NCBI GenBank assembly: GCA_018302505.1
Contig: JAGVZL010000011.1
Span: 1 to 42,970, forward strand
Direction: 5' to 3'
Origin: Candidatus Woesearchaeota archaeon
GTDB taxonomy: Archaea > Nanobdellota > Nanobdellia > SCGC-AAA011-G17 > ARS1403
Length of the DNA: 42,970 nt
Every line of letters starts with the position of its first letter. Position 1 is the stretch's first letter. The position numbers were made by a program, and so were the translations under genes. This document shows positions 15,926 through 24,190 of this stretch, piece by piece. The notes beneath the pieces were generated by a model. The model had not been told where the DNA came from. It did not search any database and saw only the letters and a list, made by a program, of their open reading frames with translations.

Positions 15926-18454
15926 ATGAATAAAAAGCTTTTCTCTGTAGTTTTAATTATATCATCATTATTTTTAATCCCTTTAGTTCAAGCGGGTCCG
16001 ATTTTTGATCTTTTTAGCCGGGTAATACAGACAAACACAATATCTAATTTATATAATAATTATCAAGAATTTATAGAATTCTTTATTTATATGGTTATTT
16101 TTATTTCTTTAATTATTGGCGTATTCAAAGATAGGTTCGAAAAAAAACAAACAAAAGCAATAGCAATTGCATTGGGGACTGCATTATCTATATCTTTAGT
16201 TAATTTTATGCCCGGACTTATTGGAAAATTAGGTCCGATAGCTTTCTTTATTTTTGTAGCCTTATTTTGGTTCTTAATCTTTGCTTCTCTCAAAAAAGGA
16301 TTGGAAAGCAGTTTGTTGTCAATGGCATTGGCATACATCTTTGCTTTCTTAACTTTTGTTTTTCTAGATCATGATAAAAAGGTGCAAAATTTTCTGAAAA
16401 GAACAGAAGTTGGAGAATTTCTTTTAGGTTCATCAACAGAATTATTTATTCTAGCATTGTTCATAGCATTAATCGCTCTTTTTTGGTGGTTAATTAAAAA
16501 GTTTGGTGGATGGACCCCTTCAAGTGGAGGAGCACCATCAGGAGGAGGGACGCCAACAAGGATATCTACTCCCACAACAACAGTTTCAACAGGCGGAGGA
16601 AGTGGCGGAGGAAGTCCATCATTCTGGAAAGATAGAAAATGGTGGGGTGGAAAAAAATCCTCGCATCCAAGTAAAGTTTCAAAAAATTTAAAGAACGCTT
16701 TAAAAGCTGATGAACTGGAAGTCAACCAAATAGAAGATGCTATTGGTTTATTAAAAGATTTAAAGAAAGCGGAAGACAGACTTTCTGAGGAAGAAAAATC
16801 CGCAGTATTATCAAAAATTAATGATTATCTAACAAGAATTATACAAGCTGATCCAACAGAAAGCATAGAAAATTTAGTCAATGAAAGATTGCAGGAAATA
16901 GACCAGCTTAGAAAATTCTTAAATCCAACTACCCCAAGAATAAACGACATTCCACTTTCAAAAGTAGTTTCAAGTCTGGATAGTAATAGATATATATCTG
17001 AAAGCACAAAAAATGAGTTAAAAACATTAATTGCTGAAATGGATGGCAAGGATAGAAAATTATCCAATTATGCAAGGACATTATCCACTTTTAAAAGAGT
17101 TTATGATACAAGAGGTCAGCAATTCCGCAGGTTGGCAGAACAAATAATGGTCAATATTAATACCGGCCAGACACAGGGTTTACCTAAAGATTTAGGAAAT
17201 CTATTGGCACTTAAAAAACATTTAGCAGAAACAGATGAAAGGATTAGTAGGGTGCTAGAAGATCCAGAATTTGTTTATGCAATTGAAGATGTAAAAAATA
17301 TTTATGGGCCGCCAGAAGGAATCGAAGACCGCACACAAGAGCATATTAATATTCACAATATTATAAGAAGTGCATTAGGAGAGAGCTACGTAAATAAATT
17401 TAATACCTATCTTCATGGATTTATGGAAAGTTTTGAAGGAGAAAAAACTTATCAAAATTTTTTGAGATGGTTGGCTAGTAAAAATATTAAGGAAGTTGAA
17501 CCTTTCTTTGGTATCCCATTAGAAGATTTTGAAAACATGTTTAATGCTAGAATTAGTGGAAATAGGAGTGAACCACAAGAAGGCCAACGATTCCCACCAG
17601 CAGAACATGATACTCAAAGAATTGAAAGAAGAGATCCTAAAGAGTTATTTAGAAAAGCAAAAGAATATGGGAATAAAATAGGTAAGGCTTGGGGCATTGA
17701 AAAATTGAGATATAGAGATTTTATTTTTAATTTAACCCAAGAAATGGGTATAAATTCCTATGAAGACTTGTTAAGAATTTATCAAATAGATGATGAATCT
17801 TTGAAAAGAATCTTTGAAAGAGCAACAGGTGTTGTTCCAGAAGAATTTGAAGAGTTAGGAGGAAATAGAAGCAGAGTAGGTGAAGCAGAAAGAAGAAAAC
17901 TAGAAGAATCTCTCATAGAATTATTAGATGCCTTAAAAAGAAATGAACCAAATAGACAATCCACCATTAATTTATTAAGGGCCATAAAGAATTCTGCAGA
18001 TTCTATATATGGTTTAATAGATGACAGAAACAGAGGGGATTATGAAAGGTTTGTACAATTAATTAAGAAATCAGAAAAAAGTCTAATGTCAGGAACACAG
18101 GAATGGGAAGAAGCTGTACTAAGGGACGCGGAGGAGGCAGAATCTCTTGCTAATAAGATTTTTGCGTCATTAAATTTACATTCAAGAGAACAAGAAGAAC
18201 CAAAAGATGAAAATTTAGAAGACAAACAAATAGGACTAGAAAAAAGACTCGAAAGTTTAAGGCATTACTTAAATGAAATATCAGATAAAATTCCCGCTTC
18301 GGAAAGAGGAAATCGTTCTTATCTACTTAAATTAATGAGAGACATAAGTCCGGTATTATCAATAAAAAGCTCAAAGAATCTAAGAGAAGCAGAAAGTATG
18401 ATTCAAGAAGCAGAATCAATAATTGAAAGATGGATTGAAAAATACAGTAATTAA
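15926..18454 (+). CDS. Large membrane protein: signal peptide, about 5 TM segments, Gly/Ser/Pro/Thr linker, ~600-aa charged coiled-coil region
   Basis: The signal peptide is MNKKLFSVVLIISSLFLIPLVQA, followed by TM segments up to ~aa 190. The linker is SSGGAPSGGGTPTRISTPTTTVSTGGGSGGGSP. The rest is E/K/R-rich helical sequence with no recognisable catalytic motif. Confidence 0.5.
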   Translation: MNKKLFSVVLIISSLFLIPLVQAGPIFDLFSRVIQTNTISNLYNNYQEFIEFFIYMVIFISLIIGVFKDRFEKKQTKAIAIALGTALSISLVNFMPGLIGKLGPIAFFIFVALFWFLIFASLKKGLESSLLSMALAYIFAFLTFVFLDHDKKVQNFLKRTEVGEFLLGSSTELFILALFIALIALFWWLIKKFGGWTPSSGGAPSGGGTPTRISTPTTTVSTGGGSGGGSPSFWKDRKWWGGKKSSHPSKVSKNLKNALKADELEVNQIEDAIGLLKDLKKAEDRLSEEEKSAVLSKINDYLTRIIQADPTESIENLVNERLQEIDQLRKFLNPTTPRINDIPLSKVVSSLDSNRYISESTKNELKTLIAEMDGKDRKLSNYARTLSTFKRVYDTRGQQFRRLAEQIMVNINTGQTQGLPKDLGNLLALKKHLAETDERISRVLEDPEFVYAIEDVKNIYGPPEGIEDRTQEHINIHNIIRSALGESYVNKFNTYLHGFMESFEGEKTYQNFLRWLASKNIKEVEPFFGIPLEDFENMFNARISGNRSEPQEGQRFPPAEHDTQRIERRDPKELFRKAKEYGNKIGKAWGIEKLRYRDFIFNLTQEMGINSYEDLLRIYQIDDESLKRIFERATGVVPEEFEELGGNRSRVGEAERRKLEESLIELLDALKRNEPNRQSTINLLRAIKNSADSIYGLIDDRNRGDYERFVQLIKKSEKSLMSGTQEWEEAVLRDAEEAESLANKIFASLNLHSREQEEPKDENLEDKQIGLEKRLESLRHYLNEISDKIPASERGNRSYLLKLMRDISPVLSIKSSKNLREAESMIQEAESIIERWIEKYSN

Positions 18455-18494
18455 TAAATAATTTATTACTTTCAAGTAACTACAAATCGTAAGA

Positions 18495-18502
18495 TTTATA
18501 AA
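18495..18502 (+). promoter_or_regulatory. TATA-like box
   Basis: TTTATAAA is centred ~26 nt upstream of the ATG at 18525. The extended AGATTTATAAAGGG also occurs in reverse complement upstream of the 14422..15771 gene (about 15822-15835). Confidence 0.4.
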
Positions 18503-18524
18503 GGGTAATTTTCTATTTCTAAGT

Positions 18525-19001
18525 ATGAAAAGTTATGATTTGGAAAGGAGTATCGGAAGAGATTTAACTATTTTAGCAACAGCAGGATTATATTCTTTAA
18601 GTGCCATTGGGTGCGGGAATGGTCCTGAAGAAAGAGGAGATTTATGGTTTGATGAATCTATCGATGGGGTAAGAGTTGCATATTTTAATGATCCTGATAG
18701 GATGGAAATATATGGACCAAAAGGAGACTTAGTTGAAATCATAGAAGATGATGGCAACGACGAAGTTGGTGACGATTCAGATGATAGATACACCATTTTC
18801 TTAAAAGATGGCAGGTCAAGGACATATGCAGAAAATTATTTTATTGACGAAAGAGGCATTGAATTTAAAGAAGGAGAAGATGCTATCGCAAACAATCTAG
18901 TACAATATTCAAGAGGCGTACTTAAAACAGTAACAGGAAAATATAGAGGATTAAAATCAAAAATATCTAGTATATTAACAAGAAAGTGCACCACTAAATA
19001 A
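18525..19001 (+). CDS. Small acidic putative lipoprotein
   Basis: It has a hydrophobic stretch LTILATAGLYSLSAIGCGNG with a lipobox-like AIGC. Its stop codon lies inside the duplicated fen 3'-end fragment. Confidence 0.45.
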   Translation: MKSYDLERSIGRDLTILATAGLYSLSAIGCGNGPEERGDLWFDESIDGVRVAYFNDPDRMEIYGPKGDLVEIIEDDGNDEVGDDSDDRYTIFLKDGRSRTYAENYFIDERGIEFKEGEDAIANNLVQYSRGVLKTVTGKYRGLKSKISSILTRKCTTK

Positions 19002-19059
19002 ATTCTCCCAAACCTTTCTGACCTTTATTTTTATCTTTTTTCTTTAATTTATCTAAAAT
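18994..19059. repeat. Direct repeat copy 1 (66 nt): displaced duplicate of the fen 3' end including the stop codon
   Basis: It is identical to 20422-20490 except for a 3-nt deletion (the final Lys codon). On the minus strand it reads ...LDKLKKKDKNKGQKGLGEFI*. Confidence 0.9.
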
Positions 19060-20370
19060 TTATTCTAACAGCCATTTCCAAAGAGGAATAAACTTAATAT
19101 TTTTATTCTCAACTTTTTCTTCTTTTTCATAATTTTCATTTAGAACAATTAGATTATTACATCTTAATTCTTTACTACATTTCAATAAGGCTTTCAACTC
19201 TCTTTCTTTAGTTTTAATATCCTCCAAATTATAACAAACTTGAATTAGTTGCTTTACCTTTAAACCTTCTTTCAAAACAAAATCAACTTCCTCATGCTTA
19301 ATATTTTTCCAATAATACATTTCAATATTAGCATTTTCCATTATCTCTTTCTTTAATTCAATTGCAACAATATTTTCATACAGATTTCCAATATTAGAGC
19401 TGAATTTAAATCCAATAGCATTAGACAAACCAGTATCAATAGAATAAACTTTCCTTGGTGATTTTTCTTGTTCCTTAATTTTAAAAGAAAAAGATTTTAT
19501 AAAAAAGAGTAGATTATTTTTTTCAAAATAAGAAGAAAATTTTTCTATTGTATCTGTACTCAATTCTAGATATTTTTTCAAAGAGTTAAAAGTAATAAGA
19601 TTGGAAATATTTGTTAAATAGAATTTAGCCAAAGCTCTTAGTTTTTCTCCTTCTCTAATCTTATATCTTTTTTCTATATCTTCTGTTAAAATATCATCAA
19701 AATAAGTTAACAGTAAAATTTTTTTTTCTTCGTTTAAAACAATTTCAGGAAATCCTCCAAATTCTAAATATTCTTTTAATAATTTTTTAATTTCTAATTT
19801 TTTTGACACTAAATCTAATTTATTTTTTATTTCTAATCCTTTAAAACAAATAAATTCTTTAAAACTTAATGGAAACACGTTTATATCTAAGTGTCTGCCG
19901 GTTAAGACAGTAGCTAATTCTCCAGACATTAATTCAGAAGAAGATCCAGACACAATTATTTTTGCTTTATTTAATTCATGCATGGTCCTTGCCCACTTTT
20001 CCCATTTAGGTATTTTATGGATTTCATCTAAAAAAATATAAGGTTTGTCCTTAGGATTTAAATTTTCCACATAAGTTTCATAAATCTTATCTAAGAGATC
20101 TAAATTAAATTTGGTAAATCTTCCATCTTCAAAGTTTATTATTAAAATACTGTTTTTTTCTATCTTTCCAGCTATTAATTTTTTTGCTAATTGTCTCATT
20201 AAATAAGATTTTCCAGATCTTCTAACGCCTATGAAAGAAAGGATAACATTGGGCTTAAGAAATTTCAAAGCCGATTTAAGATATTCTTCTCTTTCATAAC
20301 CAGACTTTAATTCTTTTCTCCAGAGATTCCAATCTTCCAAAATTTCCAGTATTTGATTTTTGTCTATCAT
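19060..20370 (-). CDS. AAA+ ATPase of the COG1373 type (AAA_14 plus DUF4143-like C-terminal domain)
   Basis: Walker A is GVRRSGKSYLMRQL and Walker B is IFLDEIHKIPKWEKW, followed by IIVSGSSSELMSGELATVLTGRHLDINVFPLSFKEF. Hand-counted GC is about 18%. Confidence 0.8.
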   Translation of the reverse strand: MIDKNQILEILEDWNLWRKELKSGYEREEYLKSALKFLKPNVILSFIGVRRSGKSYLMRQLAKKLIAGKIEKNSILIINFEDGRFTKFNLDLLDKIYETYVENLNPKDKPYIFLDEIHKIPKWEKWARTMHELNKAKIIVSGSSSELMSGELATVLTGRHLDINVFPLSFKEFICFKGLEIKNKLDLVSKKLEIKKLLKEYLEFGGFPEIVLNEEKKILLLTYFDDILTEDIEKRYKIREGEKLRALAKFYLTNISNLITFNSLKKYLELSTDTIEKFSSYFEKNNLLFFIKSFSFKIKEQEKSPRKVYSIDTGLSNAIGFKFSSNIGNLYENIVAIELKKEIMENANIEMYYWKNIKHEEVDFVLKEGLKVKQLIQVCYNLEDIKTKERELKALLKCSKELRCNNLIVLNENYEKEEKVENKNIKFIPLWKWLLE

Positions 20371-20421
20371 ATTAGATAAAATTTACTATTTTTATAGAGT
20401 ATATTAGATATATAAACTTAT

Positions 20422-20490
20422 CTATTTAATAAATTCTCCCAAACCTTTCTGACCTTTATTTTTATCTTTTTTCTTTAATTTATCTAAAAT
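20422..20490. repeat. Direct repeat copy 2 (69 nt): the functional 3' end of fen
   Basis: See copy 1. The offset between the copies is 1431 nt. Confidence 0.9.
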
Positions 20491-21438
20491 ATTCTGAACT
20501 CTTTCCTCTCCAAACTCATGTCTTTCAACTAAGATCTCTTTTACTTTACCTTCATCAACATCGCTCCATTTTAATTGGTATTCTTTCATTACAGGCATCG
20601 ACTTAAAAATAGCATAAACTTTCTTCCAGTTGAATTCAGCTTTAACTTCTTTAAATAAAGTATCAAAATTATTAAATTGTTTAACTAAATTCAAAGCTTT
20701 CTTAGGACCAATTCCAACAACACCCTTAGGATTATAATCAGTTCCAGTTAAAATTCCCATCACAATTAACTTATCCCTGTCAACTCCTAAATGATTTAAA
20801 ACATCATGCAGCTCAATTATCTGAGGCTGGATATACACATAACCTTTCCCGGCTTTTCTAGTCTGAGATAAAGTTAAATTAGGTATTAATCTCGGACAGC
20901 CATGCAATAAACAATCCATGTCTGAACTAGCTGCAAAATCTACATCTCCCTTCTCACATAAGAAACTAATTTGTGCATCACTTTCTTGTGGGGCCTGTAT
21001 AACTGGAATTCCCATAGCTTTCAATAGTTCTTTAGTTTCTTTAGTCATATCATTATTCAAATAAGTAACCTGTTTAGAATATTTACCCATAGATTCTTCA
21101 TCATCCTCTTCTTTGGCAATTTCATATTTTTCATATGCTTTTTCCTTTCTCTCTCTCCTCTTTCTCTGAGTTTCATATTTTAATGAAGGCGGTTTGCCAT
21201 CAAAACACACACACGGAAGTATTCCTTTCTGCATTAAGTTTGATATCCTATAGAATGTACCTGAAAGATGCGAAGTTACATTTCCATTAGAATCCATCAA
21301 AGGGGTCCCATCACGTTGGCGAATAGAGCTAAGGAATTGGTACAACATATTAGATGCATCTATTGCAATCCTTTTTCCTTTTAAATCTTCCCAAGAAATA
21401 ATCTTTACGGGAAGTATACCTGGTAATTTAACACCCAT
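20422..21438 (-). CDS. fen: Flap endonuclease 1
   Basis: The sequence reads MGVKLPGIL...GKRIAIDASNMLYQFLSSIRQRDGTPLMDSNGNVTSHLSGTFYR...CFDGKPP and GIGPKKAL, with a C-terminal PIP-like QKGLGEFI. Confidence 0.9.
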   Translation of the reverse strand: MGVKLPGILPVKIISWEDLKGKRIAIDASNMLYQFLSSIRQRDGTPLMDSNGNVTSHLSGTFYRISNLMQKGILPCVCFDGKPPSLKYETQRKRRERKEKAYEKYEIAKEEDDEESMGKYSKQVTYLNNDMTKETKELLKAMGIPVIQAPQESDAQISFLCEKGDVDFAASSDMDCLLHGCPRLIPNLTLSQTRKAGKGYVYIQPQIIELHDVLNHLGVDRDKLIVMGILTGTDYNPKGVVGIGPKKALNLVKQFNNFDTLFKEVKAEFNWKKVYAIFKSMPVMKEYQLKWSDVDEGKVKEILVERHEFGEERVQNILDKLKKKDKNKGQKGLGEFIK

Positions 21439-21440
21439 CC

Positions 21441-21611
21441 TTAGTCGGTTGGTAATTTTATTTTTACTGATTTGTCAGTATAAACTATAAAAAAACCATT
21501 TCCCTCCTTCACAAATAATGTATCATTTTCTTTTATATTTAGGTTTTTTCTAATCTCTTCAGGGATAGTTATCCTTCCACGTTCATCAGCTTTTATAGTA
21601 GTTAGTGACAT
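21441..21611 (-). CDS. AbrB/SpoVT-family small DNA-binding protein (MazE-like), not in the ORF track (56 aa)
   Basis: The ORF reads MSLTTIKADERGRITIPEEIRKNLNIKENDTLFVKEGNGFFIVYTDKSVKIKLPTD, with the classic RGRITIPxEIRxxLxIxxGD pattern. Its stop is 2 nt before the fen ATG. Confidence 0.65.
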   Translation of the reverse strand: MSLTTIKADERGRITIPEEIRKNLNIKENDTLFVKEGNGFFIVYTDKSVKIKLPTD

Positions 21612-21634
21612 ATCTATATTCTAATATGGAAAAG

Positions 21635-21642
21635 TTTATATA
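21635..21642. promoter_or_regulatory. Shared TATA-like box midway between divergent genes
   Basis: TTTATATA is centred at 21638.5. That is 27 nt from the abrB-like ATG (21611) and 29 nt from the ATG at 21668. Confidence 0.4.
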
Positions 21643-21667
21643 CCTTTTTATCCCTTAAAAGGGTATA

Positions 21668-23146
21668 ATGGGTAAGATTAAATTAAATAAAAGGTCGAGT
21701 TTAACATTTAAGAAATTAAATAAGTTATATCAAAAAGTAAAACAAGAGACTAACAACTTTAAGGAATTTAAACAAGAATTAATAATAAAAAACCCAGAGT
21801 CTGTAAGACTATTTAGAATAATGATTGGAAAGGGGTTGGTAGAATTTTCTAGACTTCTTAATAAGTCAGCTTCCACAATTCAATCTTTAGAAGAAAAAAG
21901 ATGGAATATAAGAATACAAACAGCTAAAAAATATATTGATATTATAAAAAATTTAAATAAAAAATATATTTTTTCAAGTATTCCCTATGAAACAATTAAA
22001 TATAACTATGAAAATTTTTATACAAGCAGATTTTTTTCTCGTATTTCAAAGAGAGTTCCCTATGAAAAACGTGTAAGAAAAGGAAAAATTGGAGGGAAAG
22101 CGACTTTAAAGAAGTACGGAAGAAATTATTTTGTTAATTTAGCAAAAAAGGGTGCTAGCCTAGGTGGAATTGCAGTTAGCAAAAAATATCCACATGAGCA
22201 CTATCAAAAAATAGGGAAGATGACAGGAGAAATTCATGGTAGAGAAAAATTAAGTGAATGGGGCAAAAGAGGAGGAATAACAACAGCATCTAAACAAAAA
22301 TTAACTGAGCAAGAAGAATTAATCAAAAAAAGATTAGATAAAAACAAAATCAAAAATATAACCCATCATAAAGTAGAAGGACATAATAAATATTACGTTG
22401 TGGATTTTCTGGTTAAACACAATAATTTAGATATTTATATAGAAGCTACAGCAGTACATGGAAAAAAATCTAGCTCATATCCTTATTCAAAATCTCTTGA
22501 TTTAATAAAGAGAATCCAATCAATCAGATTAAAAAATAATAAATGCAAATTCCTATGTATAATTAGTTCAAAATTTTCAGTAGAAGGCATGATAAAACTT
22601 TCCCAATATGCAGATTGTGTTTTATTAGATAATCATCTTAATAAACTACCATTCATAATTAATAAAATAAATCACAAAACTTATTTAAAGAATATTACAA
22701 AAATTGGACTTAATAGTATATTAAAAAGAAAAATAATGTTCAAAAATGGAGGAATAGCTACTAAAGATTTGAATATAAATAAAAGTGAAACTAAAGTAAT
22801 AAACTTTCTAAATAGAAACAAAATCAAATTTTCAACTCAATCTATTTTAGAAAGTAAATTCGGCACCATTTCTATTGTAGATTTTATCTTAACTTCTACT
22901 AGAGATCTAAAATTAATTATAGAAGTAACTAGCATAAATGGAAAAAGTAAAAAAGCACTTCCCAGAACAATTAATAAAATGGAATCAAGATTATCCATGT
23001 TAAAAGAGTTTTATATTAAAGAAGCAAATCTTGTAGGCCTAATAGATAATGTTAGTCAAAAAGAAATTAATAAATATAACCCAAAGTTTAAACTAATTAG
23101 TATGAACAATTTCATATCAAACATTAAAAATATTTATTCAAATTAA
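21668..23146 (+). CDS. HTH protein with basic KGG-like repeats and two tandem Vsr/DUF559-like (PD-(D/E)XK-fold) endonuclease modules
   Basis: The XRE-like HTH is LVEFSRLLNKSASTIQSLEEKRWN. The repeats are RKGKIGGKATLKKYGRNYF, AKKGASLGGIAVSKKY and SEWGKRGGITTASKQ. The two nuclease-like modules are YYVVDFLVKHNNLDIYIEATAVHGK and ISIVDFILTSTRDLKLIIEVTSINGK. GC is ~13-20% in sampled stretches. Confidence 0.45.
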   Translation: MGKIKLNKRSSLTFKKLNKLYQKVKQETNNFKEFKQELIIKNPESVRLFRIMIGKGLVEFSRLLNKSASTIQSLEEKRWNIRIQTAKKYIDIIKNLNKKYIFSSIPYETIKYNYENFYTSRFFSRISKRVPYEKRVRKGKIGGKATLKKYGRNYFVNLAKKGASLGGIAVSKKYPHEHYQKIGKMTGEIHGREKLSEWGKRGGITTASKQKLTEQEELIKKRLDKNKIKNITHHKVEGHNKYYVVDFLVKHNNLDIYIEATAVHGKKSSSYPYSKSLDLIKRIQSIRLKNNKCKFLCIISSKFSVEGMIKLSQYADCVLLDNHLNKLPFIINKINHKTYLKNITKIGLNSILKRKIMFKNGGIATKDLNINKSETKVINFLNRNKIKFSTQSILESKFGTISIVDFILTSTRDLKLIIEVTSINGKSKKALPRTINKMESRLSMLKEFYIKEANLVGLIDNVSQKEINKYNPKFKLISMNNFISNIKNIYSN

Positions 23147-23488
23147 ATGATACAAAAAATACTAACTTTAGACGGATCTAGTAAATTTTTAGAGGTTTTA
23201 GGAGATTCTCCAAGAAATAGAATTCTAGATTTTTTATTAGGGGAAATTAACTATGATTTCACATTAAAAGAAATTGCAAATAAAAGTAATGTAGGTTATG
23301 CAACGATAAAAAGAACTTGGCATTATTTTATTGGAGCAGAATTAGTTAAGAAGACTAGAAAGGTTGGGAAAGCCGTATTTTACACTTATAATACTGAAAG
23401 TAGAGAAGGAAAAGCACTAAGAAAATTTTACTTAGAAATTATTTTTAATGAAGTAGAAAAGGAAATTCCGCAAAAAATTACAGCTTAA
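23147..23488 (+). CDS. Winged-helix transcriptional regulator
   Basis: The sequence is PRNRILDFLLGEINYDFTLKEIANKSNVGYATIKRTWHYFIGAELVKKTRKVGKAVFY. The ATG directly abuts the upstream TAA. Confidence 0.55.
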   Translation: MIQKILTLDGSSKFLEVLGDSPRNRILDFLLGEINYDFTLKEIANKSNVGYATIKRTWHYFIGAELVKKTRKVGKAVFYTYNTESREGKALRKFYLEIIFNEVEKEIPQKITA

Positions 23489-23533
23489 TTACCGATATCT
23501 TTATATTAAACATTAAATTTTTCTAAACTCAAG

Positions 23534-24190
23534 ATGGTGATAAGAACTTTCTCATTTGACCACAAAGGCGGCTTTTATCAATATAGAGTTCATACCGTAA
23601 AATTAAATAACTTTTGTAAAGGAATATTATTTCCATTAAAGAATTATCTAGAGTCCATCTTTAACTCCTGTCCTAATGATTATTTTCAAAAAGGACCTAG
23701 GTCTTCATCTTTAAAATTTAATCTATCCAATATAAACCTGCAAAATGCTCCAAAACATGAATTATGTTTATTAACACATTATGGTTTAGAACAAAATAGT
23801 AATAGATATTCATCCGCACATTCTAAAGTTCAGGTATTTATGTTAGAGCATGATAAAACTTCAATCGCCTGCGAAACTCCAATATGGCTGTTGCCCGAGG
23901 AGTTAGAATTATATAAAGAGGTTTTCAATTCTAAAGAAGTATTAACAGGACATATTGATATATTAAGAATACAGGATAATAAGATTTGGATTTTAGATTA
24001 CAAACCCAATGCGTCAAAAGAAAAATACGCATCAACTCAAGTTTATTTTTATGCTTTAATGTTAAGCAAAAGAACAGGAATTCCTTTGGAATATTTTAGA
24101 TGTGGTTATTTTGATAATTTAAACTGTTATTTATTTAAACCTGAAGATTGTTCTTTGCCTCAATTAAAATCAATACAGGAATTTATTTAG
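23534..24190 (+). CDS. PD-(D/E)XK nuclease, RecB/Cas4-like
   Basis: The motif order is GHIDILRI (D), WILDYKPN (D-x-K), then STQVYFYALML (QxxxY). Three Cys lie near the C-terminus (FRCGYFDNLNCYLFKPEDC). Confidence 0.6.
   Translation: MVIRTFSFDHKGGFYQYRVHTVKLNNFCKGILFPLKNYLESIFNSCPNDYFQKGPRSSSLKFNLSNINLQNAPKHELCLLTHYGLEQNSNRYSSAHSKVQVFMLEHDKTSIACETPIWLLPEELELYKEVFNSKEVLTGHIDILRIQDNKIWILDYKPNASKEKYASTQVYFYALMLSKRTGIPLEYFRCGYFDNLNCYLFKPEDCSLPQLKSIQEFI

Noticed and set aside
16503-16691. GGAGG-rich repetitive nucleotide stretch and an alternative-frame ORF in the 842-aa gene
   Set aside because: It encodes the Gly/Ser/Pro/Thr linker (SSGGAPSGGGTPT...GGGSGGGSP) of the long ORF. It is not a tandem DNA repeat element or a separate gene.
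21652-21663. Small 5-2-5 inverted repeat CCCTT-AA-AAGGG just upstream of the ATG at 21668
   Set aside because: It is too short to separate from chance. It may be an operator or a 5' hairpin, but nothing in the sequence alone supports that.
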